A stretch of DNA of 51,275 bases. It comes from Minisyncoccota bacterium. Lineage in GTDB: Bacteria; Patescibacteriota; Minisyncoccia; Minisyncoccales; JAQTVQ01. The translations under genes and the position numbers were made by a program. Numbering within the stretch: the first letter of the stretch is position 1; the number at the start of each line of letters is the position of its first letter. Below are positions 1-8,862 of this stretch, piece by piece. The stretch is from positions 1 through 51,275 of the forward strand of contig JBBABZ010000005.1 in NCBI GenBank assembly GCA_041657385.1. The letters are read 5' to 3'. The notes below the pieces were generated by a model, which was not told the DNA's origin, made no database searches, and saw only the letters and a list, made by a program, of their open reading frames with translations.

Positions 1-2
1 AC

Positions 3-977
3 CGTTTAGCCACCGGCGTTTATCCCGTCACCGGCAGCATCTCCCTGGAAGAAGACAGCGTTGCCAACGCCACCTTCACCCAAGCCATGAAAGGCGGCGG
101 ATATATGTCCATCATCCCCAGGGATCCGAAATACACTACCTCTACCGGAGATTATGCCTACAAATACATCTCCACCACCACCGATACTTACACTCTCTGC
201 GCCAAGTCCGAGGCTAAGGGAGACTATCTCTGCACCGACCAGACCAGCGGCGGAAGCATCGCCCATTCGGCCGCCGCCCCGGCGTTCGGGGACTGGGGAA
301 CGGGAGAAGGCGATGAAGGCGGAGAGTTTGTCTGCGGAACGGACACAGTAACCTTCACTTACAAAGGAGGTTCCGTCACTTACGGAACAGTATTGAATAC
401 GACCACCAGCAAATGCTGGATGGATCGGAACTTGGGAGCGACAAAAGTTGCTACATCTTTTAATGATTGCACCTCTTATCCGAGCAATTGTGCTTACGGC
501 GACCTCTTCCAGTGGGGCAGGGTGGATGATGGCCACCAGACCCGCACCAGTTTAACGACCACCGTTCTCTCCGGCTCCAGCAATCCCGGCCACGGTAATT
601 TTATCTACGGCATGGGCAGTCCTTACGACTGGGTTTCTCCTCAGATAGAGAGCTTGTGGCAGGGGGTTTCGGGCACTAATAATCCCTGTCCCAGCGGCTG
701 GCGGCTGCCGATCGAGGCGGAGTGGACGGCCGAGCGGGTGAGCTGGACTGCTGGTAATAATTATACTGGAGCTTTTGCCAGCCCCCTTAAATTGACAGCG
801 GCCGGTTACCGCGATCGCAGCAATGCCTCGGTCGGCAGCGCGGGTGTCTTCGGCTACTACTGGAGCAGCGCGGTTAGCGTTCCGAATTCCCGCCTACTGT
901 CCTTCTACAGCGGCGGTGCGTACATGGACAGCAATGACCGGGCCTACGGATTTTCGGTTCGTTGCGTCAAGGACTGA
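3..977 (+). CDS. Type IV pilin-like protein with C-terminal FISUMP (Fibrobacter succinogenes major paralogous) domain; 5' end cut by window edge
   Basis: Frame 3 is open from nt 3, so the listed ORF 87..977 is only the part after an internal Met. Residues encoded at about 40-300 align with the mature-pilin part of the 8959..10497 protein (GYMS.PRDPKYT..G.Y.YKYISTT...TLCAKSEAK). The C-terminal half has the FISUMP signature CWMDRNLGA ... GDLFQWGR ... CPSGWRLP..EW ... GYYWSS ... GFSVRCVKD. TGA stop at 975-977. Confidence 0.8.
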   Translation, partial: RLATGVYPVTGSISLEEDSVANATFTQAMKGGGYMSIIPRDPKYTTSTGDYAYKYISTTTDTYTLCAKSEAKGDYLCTDQTSGGSIAHSAAAPAFGDWGTGEGDEGGEFVCGTDTVTFTYKGGSVTYGTVLNTTTSKCWMDRNLGATKVATSFNDCTSYPSNCAYGDLFQWGRVDDGHQTRTSLTTTVLSGSSNPGHGNFIYGMGSPYDWVSPQIESLWQGVSGTNNPCPSGWRLPIEAEWTAERVSWTAGNNYTGAFASPLKLTAAGYRDRSNASVGSAGVFGYYWSSAVSVPNSRLLSFYSGGAYMDSNDRAYGFSVRCVKD

Positions 978-1008
978 TATTAACTTGGACTATTTGACTA
1001 TTCTCAAG

Positions 1009-1040
1009 CAAGGGGTTAGACCCCTTGGTAATTTTGTTTC
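1009..1040 (+). terminator. Hairpin CAAGGGG-TTAGA-CCCCTTG plus T-rich tail; probable terminator of the pilin-FISUMP gene
   Basis: 7-bp stem 1009-1015 / 1021-1027 followed by GTAATTTTGTTTC, 32 nt after the stop codon. Confidence 0.5.
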
Positions 1041-1227
1041 TAGTGCGGATAATCCATTGAAATGTAAAATTTAAAAATTAAGGTATCCTGCCGTTGGCGG
1101 GATTATATACTATCGCGAAGCGATGCGGTAATTTTTGTTTTTAACATTTTGAGATTTTATCTGCCTGCCGGCAGACAAGCATTTTCAAGTGTTCCCAATT
1201 CTCTTTTTTTGTTTTATTATTATCAAT

Positions 1228-1851
1228 ATGGCAAAAATAACCAAAGGTAAATTTATTGTTTTCGAGGGGATTGATGGCGCGGGGGTGGAAACTCATGGCA
1301 AGCTTTTGACCGATCATTTGCGCGGCAAAAAAATTGAAGTGGAAAGGGTCTATTACCCGGATTACGAAGGGCCGATAGGCGGGATGATTCATAATTATCT
1401 TCATAGCCGGTTCGATTTTTCGGCAGAGGTTCAGTTTTTGATCTATACTGCGGATTTCGTCAAGGACAAGGAAAAGATAAATAAATGGCTCAAGGAAGGG
1501 AAGATAGTTATTTCTGATCGTTATTTCAGCTCGACTATGGCCTACCAGAGCATTCAAGGATTTCCCTTGAAGAAGTCTTTGCAATTGGCCGAGATTTTAG
1601 AATTGCCCAAGCCGGATTTGATAATTTACATTGACGTTTCGCCGGATATTTCCATGCAAAGGAAATTCAGCGAGAAGAACAGTTTGGATCGGAACGAAAG
1701 CAACGAACGGCTTTTAAGGACCGTGCGTAATTTTTATAAAAAGCTTGCGAAAGGCAACGTTCTTACAAAGTGGGCGGTGGTGAATGGAGAAAGGCCGATA
1801 GAAGATGTTTTTGAAGAGATAAAGACCAAGCTTCCTTTTTCGCTAAGGTAA
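1228..1851 (+). CDS. tmk: Thymidylate kinase
   Basis: From ATG 1228: MAKITKGKFIVFEGIDGAGVETH (dTMP-kinase P-loop) and ISDRYFSST (DRY motif). The 13 codons upstream in the listed ORF 1189.. look non-coding. Confidence 0.85.
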   Translation: MAKITKGKFIVFEGIDGAGVETHGKLLTDHLRGKKIEVERVYYPDYEGPIGGMIHNYLHSRFDFSAEVQFLIYTADFVKDKEKINKWLKEGKIVISDRYFSSTMAYQSIQGFPLKKSLQLAEILELPKPDLIIYIDVSPDISMQRKFSEKNSLDRNESNERLLRTVRNFYKKLAKGNVLTKWAVVNGERPIEDVFEEIKTKLPFSLR

Positions 1852-1864
1852 ATTTTAAAATTTC

Positions 1865-1885
1865 GCAAGGGGTCTAACCCCTTGC
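1865..1885. repeat. Hairpin GCAAGGGG-TCTAA-CCCCTTGC; its core 1866..1884 is the exact reverse complement of 1009..1027
   Basis: CAAGGGGTCTAACCCCTTG versus CAAGGGGTTAGACCCCTTG. Same stem, inverted loop. The two copies bracket tmk. Confidence 0.7.
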
Positions 1886-1957
1886 AAGCTTACAGAGTTG
1901 TAGCTATTCGGGCAAATTTCAAAATAAATAGAACTGTGGTATAAATATATAAAATAT

Positions 1958-2608
1958 ATGGAAATACTCAACAAATTAGACCATACGAACATCAAAGACA
2001 GCGCACAGGAAGCTGATATCAAAAAAACCTGCCAAGAAGCCAAGGAATGTGGTTTTAGGGGGGTTTGCGTAAAGCCGAAATGGGTTAAAACGGTTAAAAA
2101 AGAGTTAACGGGAACAACCGTCAAGGTTGTTTGTCTAATAGACCCGCCGATCGGCGACAGCACCCACGCTAAGCGCGTCCAGATCGCCAAAAAGGCTGTT
2201 AAGGACGGTGCTGATGATATTGATGTCGTTATGTCTCTTGTCGATGCCAAGCACGGCTGCTGGGATAAGATATTAAAAGACCTTAAACCTATTTGTAAAA
2301 TAGGGCATGCTAAAATTATTATCGGTTCCGGATATTTGACCGACGAAGAAGTTGTCCGTGCTTCCCAGATCGTTAAGGAGGCTGGAGCTTTTTGCGTCAA
2401 GACCGCGACCGAAAAAGATCCGTTGGAAAATTCCGAGTTGGCCGAGAAAGGCAAACATTTAAAATTGATGCGCCAAGGCGCGCCGGGGTTATTGATTAAA
2501 GCTTCGGGCAATGTAAAAAGTTTAGCCGATGCCCAGATGATGATCGAGATGGGAGCTGATATTATCGGTACTAGCTCGGGAGTGGAGATAGCTAAAATTT
2601 TAAAATAA
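1958..2608 (+). CDS. deoC: Deoxyribose-phosphate aldolase (DeoC family class I aldolase)
   Basis: LDHTNIK...GFRGVCVKPKWV...GADDIDVVM...FCVKTAT...IKASGNV...GADIIGTSSG matches the DeoC layout, including the Schiff-base Lys context (VKT) and the C-terminal IGTS motif. Confidence 0.8.
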   Translation: MEILNKLDHTNIKDSAQEADIKKTCQEAKECGFRGVCVKPKWVKTVKKELTGTTVKVVCLIDPPIGDSTHAKRVQIAKKAVKDGADDIDVVMSLVDAKHGCWDKILKDLKPICKIGHAKIIIGSGYLTDEEVVRASQIVKEAGAFCVKTATEKDPLENSELAEKGKHLKLMRQGAPGLLIKASGNVKSLADAQMMIEMGADIIGTSSGVEIAKILK

Positions 2609-2664
2609 ACTACCCCACAGCAAGCTGACGGGGCATTCTACCAAATTAAATAAACTACTTCTTT

Positions 2665-4197
2665 ATGTTCAAACCGACTATTGGTCTAGAAATTCACGCT
2701 GAATTGAATACCGAAACTAAAATGTTTTGCTCGTGCAAAAACGAGCCGGATCCAAACAGGCCCAATTTAAATACCTGTCCGGTTTGCATGGGCCATCCCG
2801 GAACTTTGCCGACCATCAACCAGGAAGCTGTAAAAAAAGTTATCAAAACCGGCATGGCTTTAGGATGCAGTATTCCGACTCATTCCAAATTCGACCGCAA
2901 AAATTATTTTTATCCGGATCTGCCCAAAGGCTATCAGGTTTCCCAATATGACGAGCCTCTTTGCGAAAGCGGTTTACTAGAAGTAAAAATTCCGATTGAT
3001 TGCGAGCAAGGCCAAGTGCCTTATTTAAAAACCGTTCGCGTCAGGCGAGTGCATCTTGAAGAAGATACGGGCCGTCTTTTGCATCCAGATGGAGAAAATT
3101 ATACATTGGTTGATTTCAACCGCGCCGGAGTGGCTCTGATGGAATTGGTTACGGAGCCGGATATTCGCTCCGCCGTTGAAGCCCGCCGGTTTGCCGAGGA
3201 ATTACAGCTGATCTTGAGATATCTTAATGTTTCCTTCGCTGATATGGAAAAAGGCCAGATGAGAGTAGAAGCTAATATTTCTTTGTCGGAAGTGAAAAAC
3301 GGCAAATTGCCGGAAAACGAAAAGGGGATGGGGATCAAAGTGGAAGTTAAAAATCTTAATTCTTTTAAAGCAGTTGAAAGAGCGATCGATTACGAAATAA
3401 AAAGACAGGCCGAGGCTTTGGAAAAAGGAGAAAAGCTGGTTCAAGAAACCCGCGGCTGGGACGAGGTTAAAGGAAAAACTTACAGTCAGAGAGAGAAAGA
3501 AGGAGCCAAAGATTATCGCTATTTTCCGGAACCTGATTTGCCGCCGATGGACCACTCCGAAGAATTTTTGAGTAAGATCAAAAGTTCTATCCCGGAGTTG
3601 CCGGCGCAAAAACGCCAGCGTTTAGCTATGGAATATGGTTTGGGCGAAGTTGAAGCAGAGGCTTTTGTGCAGAATAAAGATTTGAGCTGTTATTTTGAGA
3701 AAACCGTGTCCGAATTGAGCCAGTGGGTGGACGAGACCAACGGCACGGCTAAAGTCGGACCGGAGGAGCTTTTAAAGCTTTCCAAGCTTTGCGTTAATTA
3801 CTTGTTGACCGATATCCAAGGCTTATTGAGCGGCGAGTCTATCGCCAGTCCGGAATTTTTGATCACGCCCGAAAATTTTGCAGAATTGATCTGCCTTATT
3901 TACCAAGGCAAAATTTCTTCCAAGATCGCTAAGACTGTTCTGGAAGAAATGTATGATACCGGAGCTGATCCGTCGCAAGTGATCGAATCGAAAGGCTTGA
4001 GCCAAATTTCTAATCAATCGGAGATAGAAGATATTATTAAAAAAGTCATTGCGGAAAATCCAAAACCAGTGGAAGATTACAAGCAAGGGAAAGAGGCTTC
4101 ATTCCAATTTTTGGTAGGCAAGATAATGGCCGCCTCCCGCGGCAAAGCCAATCCGGAAATGGCCCGCCAATTTTTAGAATCAGCTCTGAAGCCTTAA
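2665..4197 (+). CDS. gatB: Asp/Glu-tRNA(Asn/Gln) amidotransferase subunit B
   Basis: MFKPTIGLEIHAELNTETKMFCSC...CPVCMGHPGTLP...NYFYPDLPKGYQVSQ...RVHLEEDTG. Full-length GatB with a C-terminal GatB/YqeY tail. Confidence 0.95.
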   Translation: MFKPTIGLEIHAELNTETKMFCSCKNEPDPNRPNLNTCPVCMGHPGTLPTINQEAVKKVIKTGMALGCSIPTHSKFDRKNYFYPDLPKGYQVSQYDEPLCESGLLEVKIPIDCEQGQVPYLKTVRVRRVHLEEDTGRLLHPDGENYTLVDFNRAGVALMELVTEPDIRSAVEARRFAEELQLILRYLNVSFADMEKGQMRVEANISLSEVKNGKLPENEKGMGIKVEVKNLNSFKAVERAIDYEIKRQAEALEKGEKLVQETRGWDEVKGKTYSQREKEGAKDYRYFPEPDLPPMDHSEEFLSKIKSSIPELPAQKRQRLAMEYGLGEVEAEAFVQNKDLSCYFEKTVSELSQWVDETNGTAKVGPEELLKLSKLCVNYLLTDIQGLLSGESIASPEFLITPENFAELICLIYQGKISSKIAKTVLEEMYDTGADPSQVIESKGLSQISNQSEIEDIIKKVIAENPKPVEDYKQGKEASFQFLVGKIMAASRGKANPEMARQFLESALKP

Positions 4198-4224
4198 TAA
4201 TTTAAACCCAAAAAGATGCGTACT

Positions 4225-4260
4225 AAAAAATGTGCAAGGTATTTACCTCGCACATTTTTT
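4225..4260. terminator. Bidirectional hairpin between convergent gatB and miaA
   Basis: AAAAAATGTGC...GCACATTTTTT, with an inner AGGT/ACCT extension. A-run and T-run flanks allow termination in both directions. It overlaps the miaA stop. Confidence 0.6.
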
Positions 4261-5167
4261 AGTATTCGGCCAGGAAATTTTTAGCCAGTTTTTTGGCTTC
4301 GGCGTAATTTTTAACCCAGATGATCCGCTGGTCGCGCTTGAACCAGGTTGTTTGGCGTTTGGTGTATTGCCAAAGCTCTTTCAGCGACCGTTTTTCCGCT
4401 TCTTCCCGGGTTATTTTTCCCTGCAGATACAGCGCGAAGGCGCGGTAGTGCATTCCGAATTCTTCAATTCTTTTCCAAGACAGGCCGGATTTATAAAGAT
4501 TTTTAATTTCATTTAAAAGTCCTTGTTTTAGCCACAAATAAAATCTTTTTTCAATGTCTTTTTTCAATTTTTCCGGATCTTTTTGCGCGCCTAGGAGCAG
4601 AACAGGATAGGGCAGAGGATTCATTTTGATAGTCGGTATCGGCTTTTTGGTTGTAATCGATATTTCAATCGCTCTTATTAAACGGCGCGGATTTTTTTTA
4701 TCAATATTGCCGGCCCTTCTAGGATCTAGTTTTTTAATCATTTGGTAAAGTTCTTCAACTGTTTTTTGCTCTAGATCTTTTCTTAATTTCCAATCAGGTT
4801 TAACCTCCGGCATTACGATGCCGTCGATCAAGGCTTGGACATAAAAACCGGTGCCGCCGCAGACGATCGGCAACTTGTTTTTTTTAAAGATGGCGTTCAG
4901 GGCCTTTATGCCTAGCTTTCTATATTGAGCAACGGTGAATTTCTTTTTTGGCGAAGCCACATCCAAAAGATGATGGGGAATGCCGGCCATTTCTTTTTTG
5001 CTGGCCTTGGCCGTGCCGATATCCATTTGCTTATACACTTGGCGGGAATCAGCCGAGATTATTTCGCCGCCGAAAACCTTAGCCAGCTTGATAGACAAGC
5101 CGGTTTTGCCCGAAGCGGTCGGTCCGACGATAACGATCATTTTTTTATTGTTTTTGTTTTTCTTCAT
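4259..5167 (-). CDS. miaA: tRNA dimethylallyltransferase
   Basis: IVIVGPTASGKTGLSIKLAKVFGGEIISADSRQVYKQMDIGTAK is the MiaA P-loop and substrate motif. Confidence 0.9.
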   Translation of the reverse strand: MKKNKNNKKMIVIVGPTASGKTGLSIKLAKVFGGEIISADSRQVYKQMDIGTAKASKKEMAGIPHHLLDVASPKKKFTVAQYRKLGIKALNAIFKKNKLPIVCGGTGFYVQALIDGIVMPEVKPDWKLRKDLEQKTVEELYQMIKKLDPRRAGNIDKKNPRRLIRAIEISITTKKPIPTIKMNPLPYPVLLLGAQKDPEKLKKDIEKRFYLWLKQGLLNEIKNLYKSGLSWKRIEEFGMHYRAFALYLQGKITREEAEKRSLKELWQYTKRQTTWFKRDQRIIWVKNYAEAKKLAKNFLAEY

Positions 5168-6491
5168 ATTCTACCAGCGTTCCTTCCAGCCCCCAAGGCA
5201 GGGCCTTGGTGATCTTGGCTTTGACGAATTGGCCGACAAAGTTTTTTTGGGCTGTTTCTTCGCTGATCTTGATCTTGACGGTTTTGAAATGGCGGGATTT
5301 GCCGAGAATAAGAGTTTCCCTTTGTTCATCTATTAAAACTTCAACGACCTGGTCGATGAAGTTTTTATTTTTAGCCAGCGCGCTTCTTTTTAAAATTTCG
5401 GTCAGATGCTGCCATCTCTGTTCTTTTTCAACTTTCGAAACATTGTCTGGCGTGCGGGCGGAAACAGTGCCGGGGCGGGGAGAGTATTGGGCGATATAGG
5501 CCATATCGAATTTAACATTGTCCATCAGCTTGGCTGTTTCCTCGAATTGGTTTTTGGTTTCTTTCGGATAGCCGACGATAATGTCGGTGGTCAGCGCCAC
5601 TTCTTTTTCCAGCCCTTGCCTTTGGCTGTGGAAAGCTTTTTTAATCTTTTGGACCAGCGTTTTATAGCCATCCACGGTATAGGGCCGGTTCATTCTTTTT
5701 AACATTTCGTTGTCGCCGGACTGGATGGGCAAGCTTAAGTAAGGGGTAACTTTTTGGCAGCGGGCGGTGGCGGCGATCATTTCATCGGAAAAATTTTTCG
5801 GGTGCGGACTCGTGAACCTTATCCAAAAGTTTCCGGGCAGATCGTTGATCATTTCCAAGAGTTTGGCAAAAGAAACCCGGCCGCAATTATAGTCGTTAAC
5901 ATTTTGGCCTAAAAGCCAGATCTCTTTGGCGCCGTTTTTAATAGCTTTTTCAATTTCTTCTACGATGTCTTTGCAATCGCGGCAAACCAATCCGCCGCGG
6001 GTGTAGGGCACGGCGCAATAAGTGCAGAAATTATCGCAGCCGTTGGAAATGGGGATAAGCACCGAAAAATTACTTGAATATTTCGGCTCCATTTTCAAAT
6101 AAGAACAGTCTGCGTTTTCCCGGTCGATCGGCTGGCTGGCTTTTTCTTCTTTTAAAAGTTCCGGCCATTGGGCCAGGTTTTTAATTGGCAAAACATAATC
6201 AAAAAGCTTGTCCGATTTTTTAAAATCTTCCATCAAAATACAGCCGGTTAGCGCGGTTTTTAAATTAGGGTTTTTGGCTCTTAGCTCCGGTATGATCTTG
6301 CCCAGTCCAAGCACGCGGTCCACGGCCGATTGCCGAACAGAGCACATATTGGCAATGATCAGATCCGCTTCTGCTTCGGTTTGCGCCGGCTGGTAGCCGA
6401 TTTTTTCCAAAAGAGCGGCCGCTCTTTCAGAGTCCGATTTGTTCATCTGGCAGCCAAAAGTAAAAATGAAATATTTAAGATTATTTTGCAT
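5145..6491 (-). CDS. miaB: tRNA-i6A37 methylthiotransferase (radical SAM, MiaB type)
   Basis: N-terminal FTFGCQMNKSDSE (UPF0004 domain), radical-SAM CDNFCTYC and a C-terminal TRAM-like region. It overlaps miaA by 23 nt in the same direction. Confidence 0.85.
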   Translation of the reverse strand: MQNNLKYFIFTFGCQMNKSDSERAAALLEKIGYQPAQTEAEADLIIANMCSVRQSAVDRVLGLGKIIPELRAKNPNLKTALTGCILMEDFKKSDKLFDYVLPIKNLAQWPELLKEEKASQPIDRENADCSYLKMEPKYSSNFSVLIPISNGCDNFCTYCAVPYTRGGLVCRDCKDIVEEIEKAIKNGAKEIWLLGQNVNDYNCGRVSFAKLLEMINDLPGNFWIRFTSPHPKNFSDEMIAATARCQKVTPYLSLPIQSGDNEMLKRMNRPYTVDGYKTLVQKIKKAFHSQRQGLEKEVALTTDIIVGYPKETKNQFEETAKLMDNVKFDMAYIAQYSPRPGTVSARTPDNVSKVEKEQRWQHLTEILKRSALAKNKNFIDQVVEVLIDEQRETLILGKSRHFKTVKIKISEETAQKNFVGQFVKAKITKALPWGLEGTLVEYEEKQKQ

Positions 6492-6557
6492 AGATATATA
6501 TTGTTTCCAGGCCCAATCTTAGCAGAAAGGGAGATTTTATAAAAGAAAAGCAGAGTC

Positions 6558-6866
6558 TTAAAGACCCTGCTTGTTTGAGTGCAAGCACTCATCGAAGGAC
6601 GGTGAGCTGATAGCTCTTATTATCCCTCGTTGTTCGTCAATCTGCGCCATTACGCAGACTTTTGGATTATCTTTCTCAACCTTTTGGTTAAGAAGATAAT
6701 CCATTTGGGCTTCTTTCTGAGCCATAAGCTCTTGGCCGTAAGCTTCCGTTGAAGCTTCGAGAGCCCTTGTATAGGGGTTCCAAGAGCTGGCGGTAAGTCC
6801 TGCGTAACCGCTTCCGATGATAGCTAGCACAACGAATAACGCAATAGCGAAATCAGTTTTGTTCAT
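6558..6866 (-). CDS. Hypothetical small membrane-anchored protein
   Basis: 102-aa ORF with an N-terminal hydrophobic helix (FAIALFVVLAIIGSGYAGL). It is co-directional with and directly upstream of miaB. No family recognised. Confidence 0.5.
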   Translation of the reverse strand: MNKTDFAIALFVVLAIIGSGYAGLTASSWNPYTRALEASTEAYGQELMAQKEAQMDYLLNQKVEKDNPKVCVMAQIDEQRGIIRAISSPSFDECLHSNKQGL

Positions 6867-6943
6867 ATTCCGTGTTAAATTGGTAAAGATCTACAGACCC
6901 TTACCGTTATTTCCCGGTAAGGGAATCTTTTTATTATATTTAT

Positions 6944-6972
6944 AATATAACATAATCAATATATTATGTCAA
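6944..6972 (-). promoter_or_regulatory. Sigma70-like promoter for the 102-aa ORF / miaB / miaA unit
   Basis: On the minus strand: TTGACA (6972-6967), 17-nt spacer, TATATT (6949-6944). The leader then contains a 9-bp hairpin CCCTTACCG-N8-CGGTAAGGG. Confidence 0.45.
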
Positions 6973-7055
6973 GGGGTGGGCAGGAAAATCTAAATGGCAA
7001 TGGAAAACGCCTTGATCAAAGGCGTTTTCCAATTTGAGGCTAAATTTTAAAAGTA

Positions 7056-8720
7056 TTAGTCTGCTGGCGAAAGGGAATTAACGGCAGAGTTGTTGGTTGT
7101 AGAGGAATTTGTTTTTACGTATTCATTTCCGCATTCTTTGCGGTAGAATTTCCATTCTTCGCATTCCTGGCCATCTCCGAAGATGCAAACTCCGTATTGC
7201 CCGCCGTTGGCTTCGGTGCGGATCTCCAGTTTGTAGCCAAGTTTTGTGCAATAAACCGAAGCCGGGTTAGCTACGCCGGCGGAATCGCTGATCGAATTGT
7301 TTATAGCCTGATCTTTGGCCGTTTCTTTTTTACATTCTCCTTTATATTTTATTTCCATTTTTTTAATATTTTCAACCACGCATTCGTTGGAATAAGTTTT
7401 GCCGTCTTCGGCGCAGACAGGGTCCCAAATAGCAGGGCAATAAACCCGGTCGGAAGTTGTAGCCGTGCCTTTTTCATTTTTCAATTCCGCTTTTTTGTAT
7501 GTTTTGGCGATGTTTTCTATTTGAACTTTAATTGCGGCGGCCTGTCCGAAAGCTTCGCCTAATTTTCCTTCGCTTATAGCGGTTTTCGCCTTTTCAATTT
7601 CTTTTTTGGCCAAAGCAATAGTTTCCATCATTTTTTGGTATTCGGCATCTGTAAAAAGGCTTTTATTCTCGTTGATTTTGCTTTCCCATTGGGTTAAAGT
7701 CTTTTCCGCTTCGCTGAGCAGGGAATTTATTTTTTCCGGAGTTGCTTTGTCTTTCATCCTTTGCATTATTTTATTTTCCGCTTGCTCTATTTTTTCCAAA
7801 CTGCTGGTGGAAATATTTTGGTTTTGAAATTTATTCAGCAAAGAAACGATCAGGCCTTCGCTGCCGTTTAGCTGTTCAAGATAAGGCTTCAAGGCTTCTA
7901 TTTTTTCCGCAGAAAGAGATCCTAATTTATTTTCCAGGATTGCGGCTTCGTTTCCGCTGGCGTTTTCTATTTTTTGTTTTATATTTTCCGGCGCCGCGTT
8001 TTTAATCTCTTCCAATATTTGCATGTTTTTGACTTCTTTAAAGTCGCTGCCTTGCTGGTCAGCCAAAACTTTTTGCAGCCGTTCTTGGATCTTTTCCGGA
8101 TTCTCGGCGGAAAGATAGGAGTTGATGATGGTTTCTTTCAAGACAGCGAAAGCTTGTTGCTTCTCAGCCGGAATATTTTCTTGCAGAGCGTTTAAAAGTT
8201 TTTGGTAAGTTACGGTTTTTTGGGCCATTTTTTCAAGGACCTGGTCGGTTGTCGAACTGTTTTTTAATTGAGAAATGACTGCTTTAGCCTTTTCCATATC
8301 GGTAGTTGAATCCTTAATGGCTTCCATAGCTTTGTCAGTTTTATTCTGTTCTAAAAGTTTTTTAGCTTCGGCCATTTTCTCCGAAGAAAATTTTAATTTC
8401 AGCTCAGCTTTTTTAGCCGGATCGAAGCTAAAAAATGTTTGTATCCCCCTGGCCCAATTTTTTAAGAAATAGAAAGGGCTGTCCGGCAGAAGAGAGGGCT
8501 CTCCGACATTTAGGTCAACGGCTTCGTCCGCAGCAACGGCTTGGGCTGCTTGCTGGTTGGCAACTGCTGTTGCCGCAGTCAGATCTTCTTGACTGATGCT
8601 TGCTTGGGACTCGTTTTGGACATCGCTTGCGGTGCTTGTTTCTTCGGCAAAAACATTCGGCGCGAAAAGCAATGCCGCAAAGAGAGAGAAGGTTATGGCG
8701 GTTTTTTTGTCTAATTGCAT
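7056..8720 (-). CDS. Secreted protein: signal peptide + DUF5667-like helical region + Kazal-type inhibitor domain + DUF333 domain
   Basis: Signal-like N-terminus MQLDKKTAITFSLFAALLFAPNVFAEE. LLPDSPFYFLKNWARGIQTFFSF is the DUF5667 hallmark. CPAIWDPVCAEDGKTYSNECVVENIKKMEIKYKGEC fits the Kazal Cys/Tyr pattern (nt 7332-7439). NPASVYCTKLGYKLEIRTEANGGQYGVCIFGDGQECEEWKFYRKEC fits DUF333 (nt 7131-7271). Confidence 0.8.
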   Translation of the reverse strand: MQLDKKTAITFSLFAALLFAPNVFAEETSTASDVQNESQASISQEDLTAATAVANQQAAQAVAADEAVDLNVGEPSLLPDSPFYFLKNWARGIQTFFSFDPAKKAELKLKFSSEKMAEAKKLLEQNKTDKAMEAIKDSTTDMEKAKAVISQLKNSSTTDQVLEKMAQKTVTYQKLLNALQENIPAEKQQAFAVLKETIINSYLSAENPEKIQERLQKVLADQQGSDFKEVKNMQILEEIKNAAPENIKQKIENASGNEAAILENKLGSLSAEKIEALKPYLEQLNGSEGLIVSLLNKFQNQNISTSSLEKIEQAENKIMQRMKDKATPEKINSLLSEAEKTLTQWESKINENKSLFTDAEYQKMMETIALAKKEIEKAKTAISEGKLGEAFGQAAAIKVQIENIAKTYKKAELKNEKGTATTSDRVYCPAIWDPVCAEDGKTYSNECVVENIKKMEIKYKGECKKETAKDQAINNSISDSAGVANPASVYCTKLGYKLEIRTEANGGQYGVCIFGDGQECEEWKFYRKECGNEYVKTNSSTTNNSAVNSLSPAD

Positions 8721-8862
8721 ATATATTTATTTCTAAATTTCTAAAAGGGAAAGGCTGGTTGCTTTGCGATTTAGAAATTAAGCCTTTAAATTATTATATT
8801 TAAAATTTAATTATGATCATATTTTACTTTTTTAGGCAGGAAAATACCAATTTTTTTATCCC

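Noticed and set aside
6-536. Long antisense or alternative-frame ORFs inside the pilin genes (6..536 -, 154..351 +, 823..1074 +, 9154..9762 -, 9763..10002 -, 9908..10145 +, 10132..10515 -).
   Set aside because: They lie within GC3-rich coding sequence, where stop codons are rare in all frames. Their translations are low-complexity (Gly/Ala/Pro/Arg-rich) with no motifs. The sense frames carry clear pilin, FISUMP and LRR signatures.
700-977. A diversity-generating retroelement target (a lectin-fold C-terminus as a variable repeat).
   Set aside because: No reverse transcriptase gene is present. I could find no template-repeat copy of the C-terminal region with adenine-specific differences anywhere in the window.
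975-977. An alternative genetic code (UGA recoded, as in some CPR lineages).
   Set aside because: TGA ends the FISUMP protein right after its conserved ...GFSVRCVKD C-terminus. All well-conserved genes (gatB, dnaE, uvrA, valS and others) are full-length without in-frame TGA read-through. Code 11 fits.
1855-2511. A 218-aa minus-strand ORF antisense to deoC, and similar antisense ORFs within tmk, gatB, dnaE, valS, uvrA and uvrB.
   Set aside because: The sense-strand products have strong, full-length family signatures. The antisense translations are hydrophobic or low-complexity and overlap almost completely.
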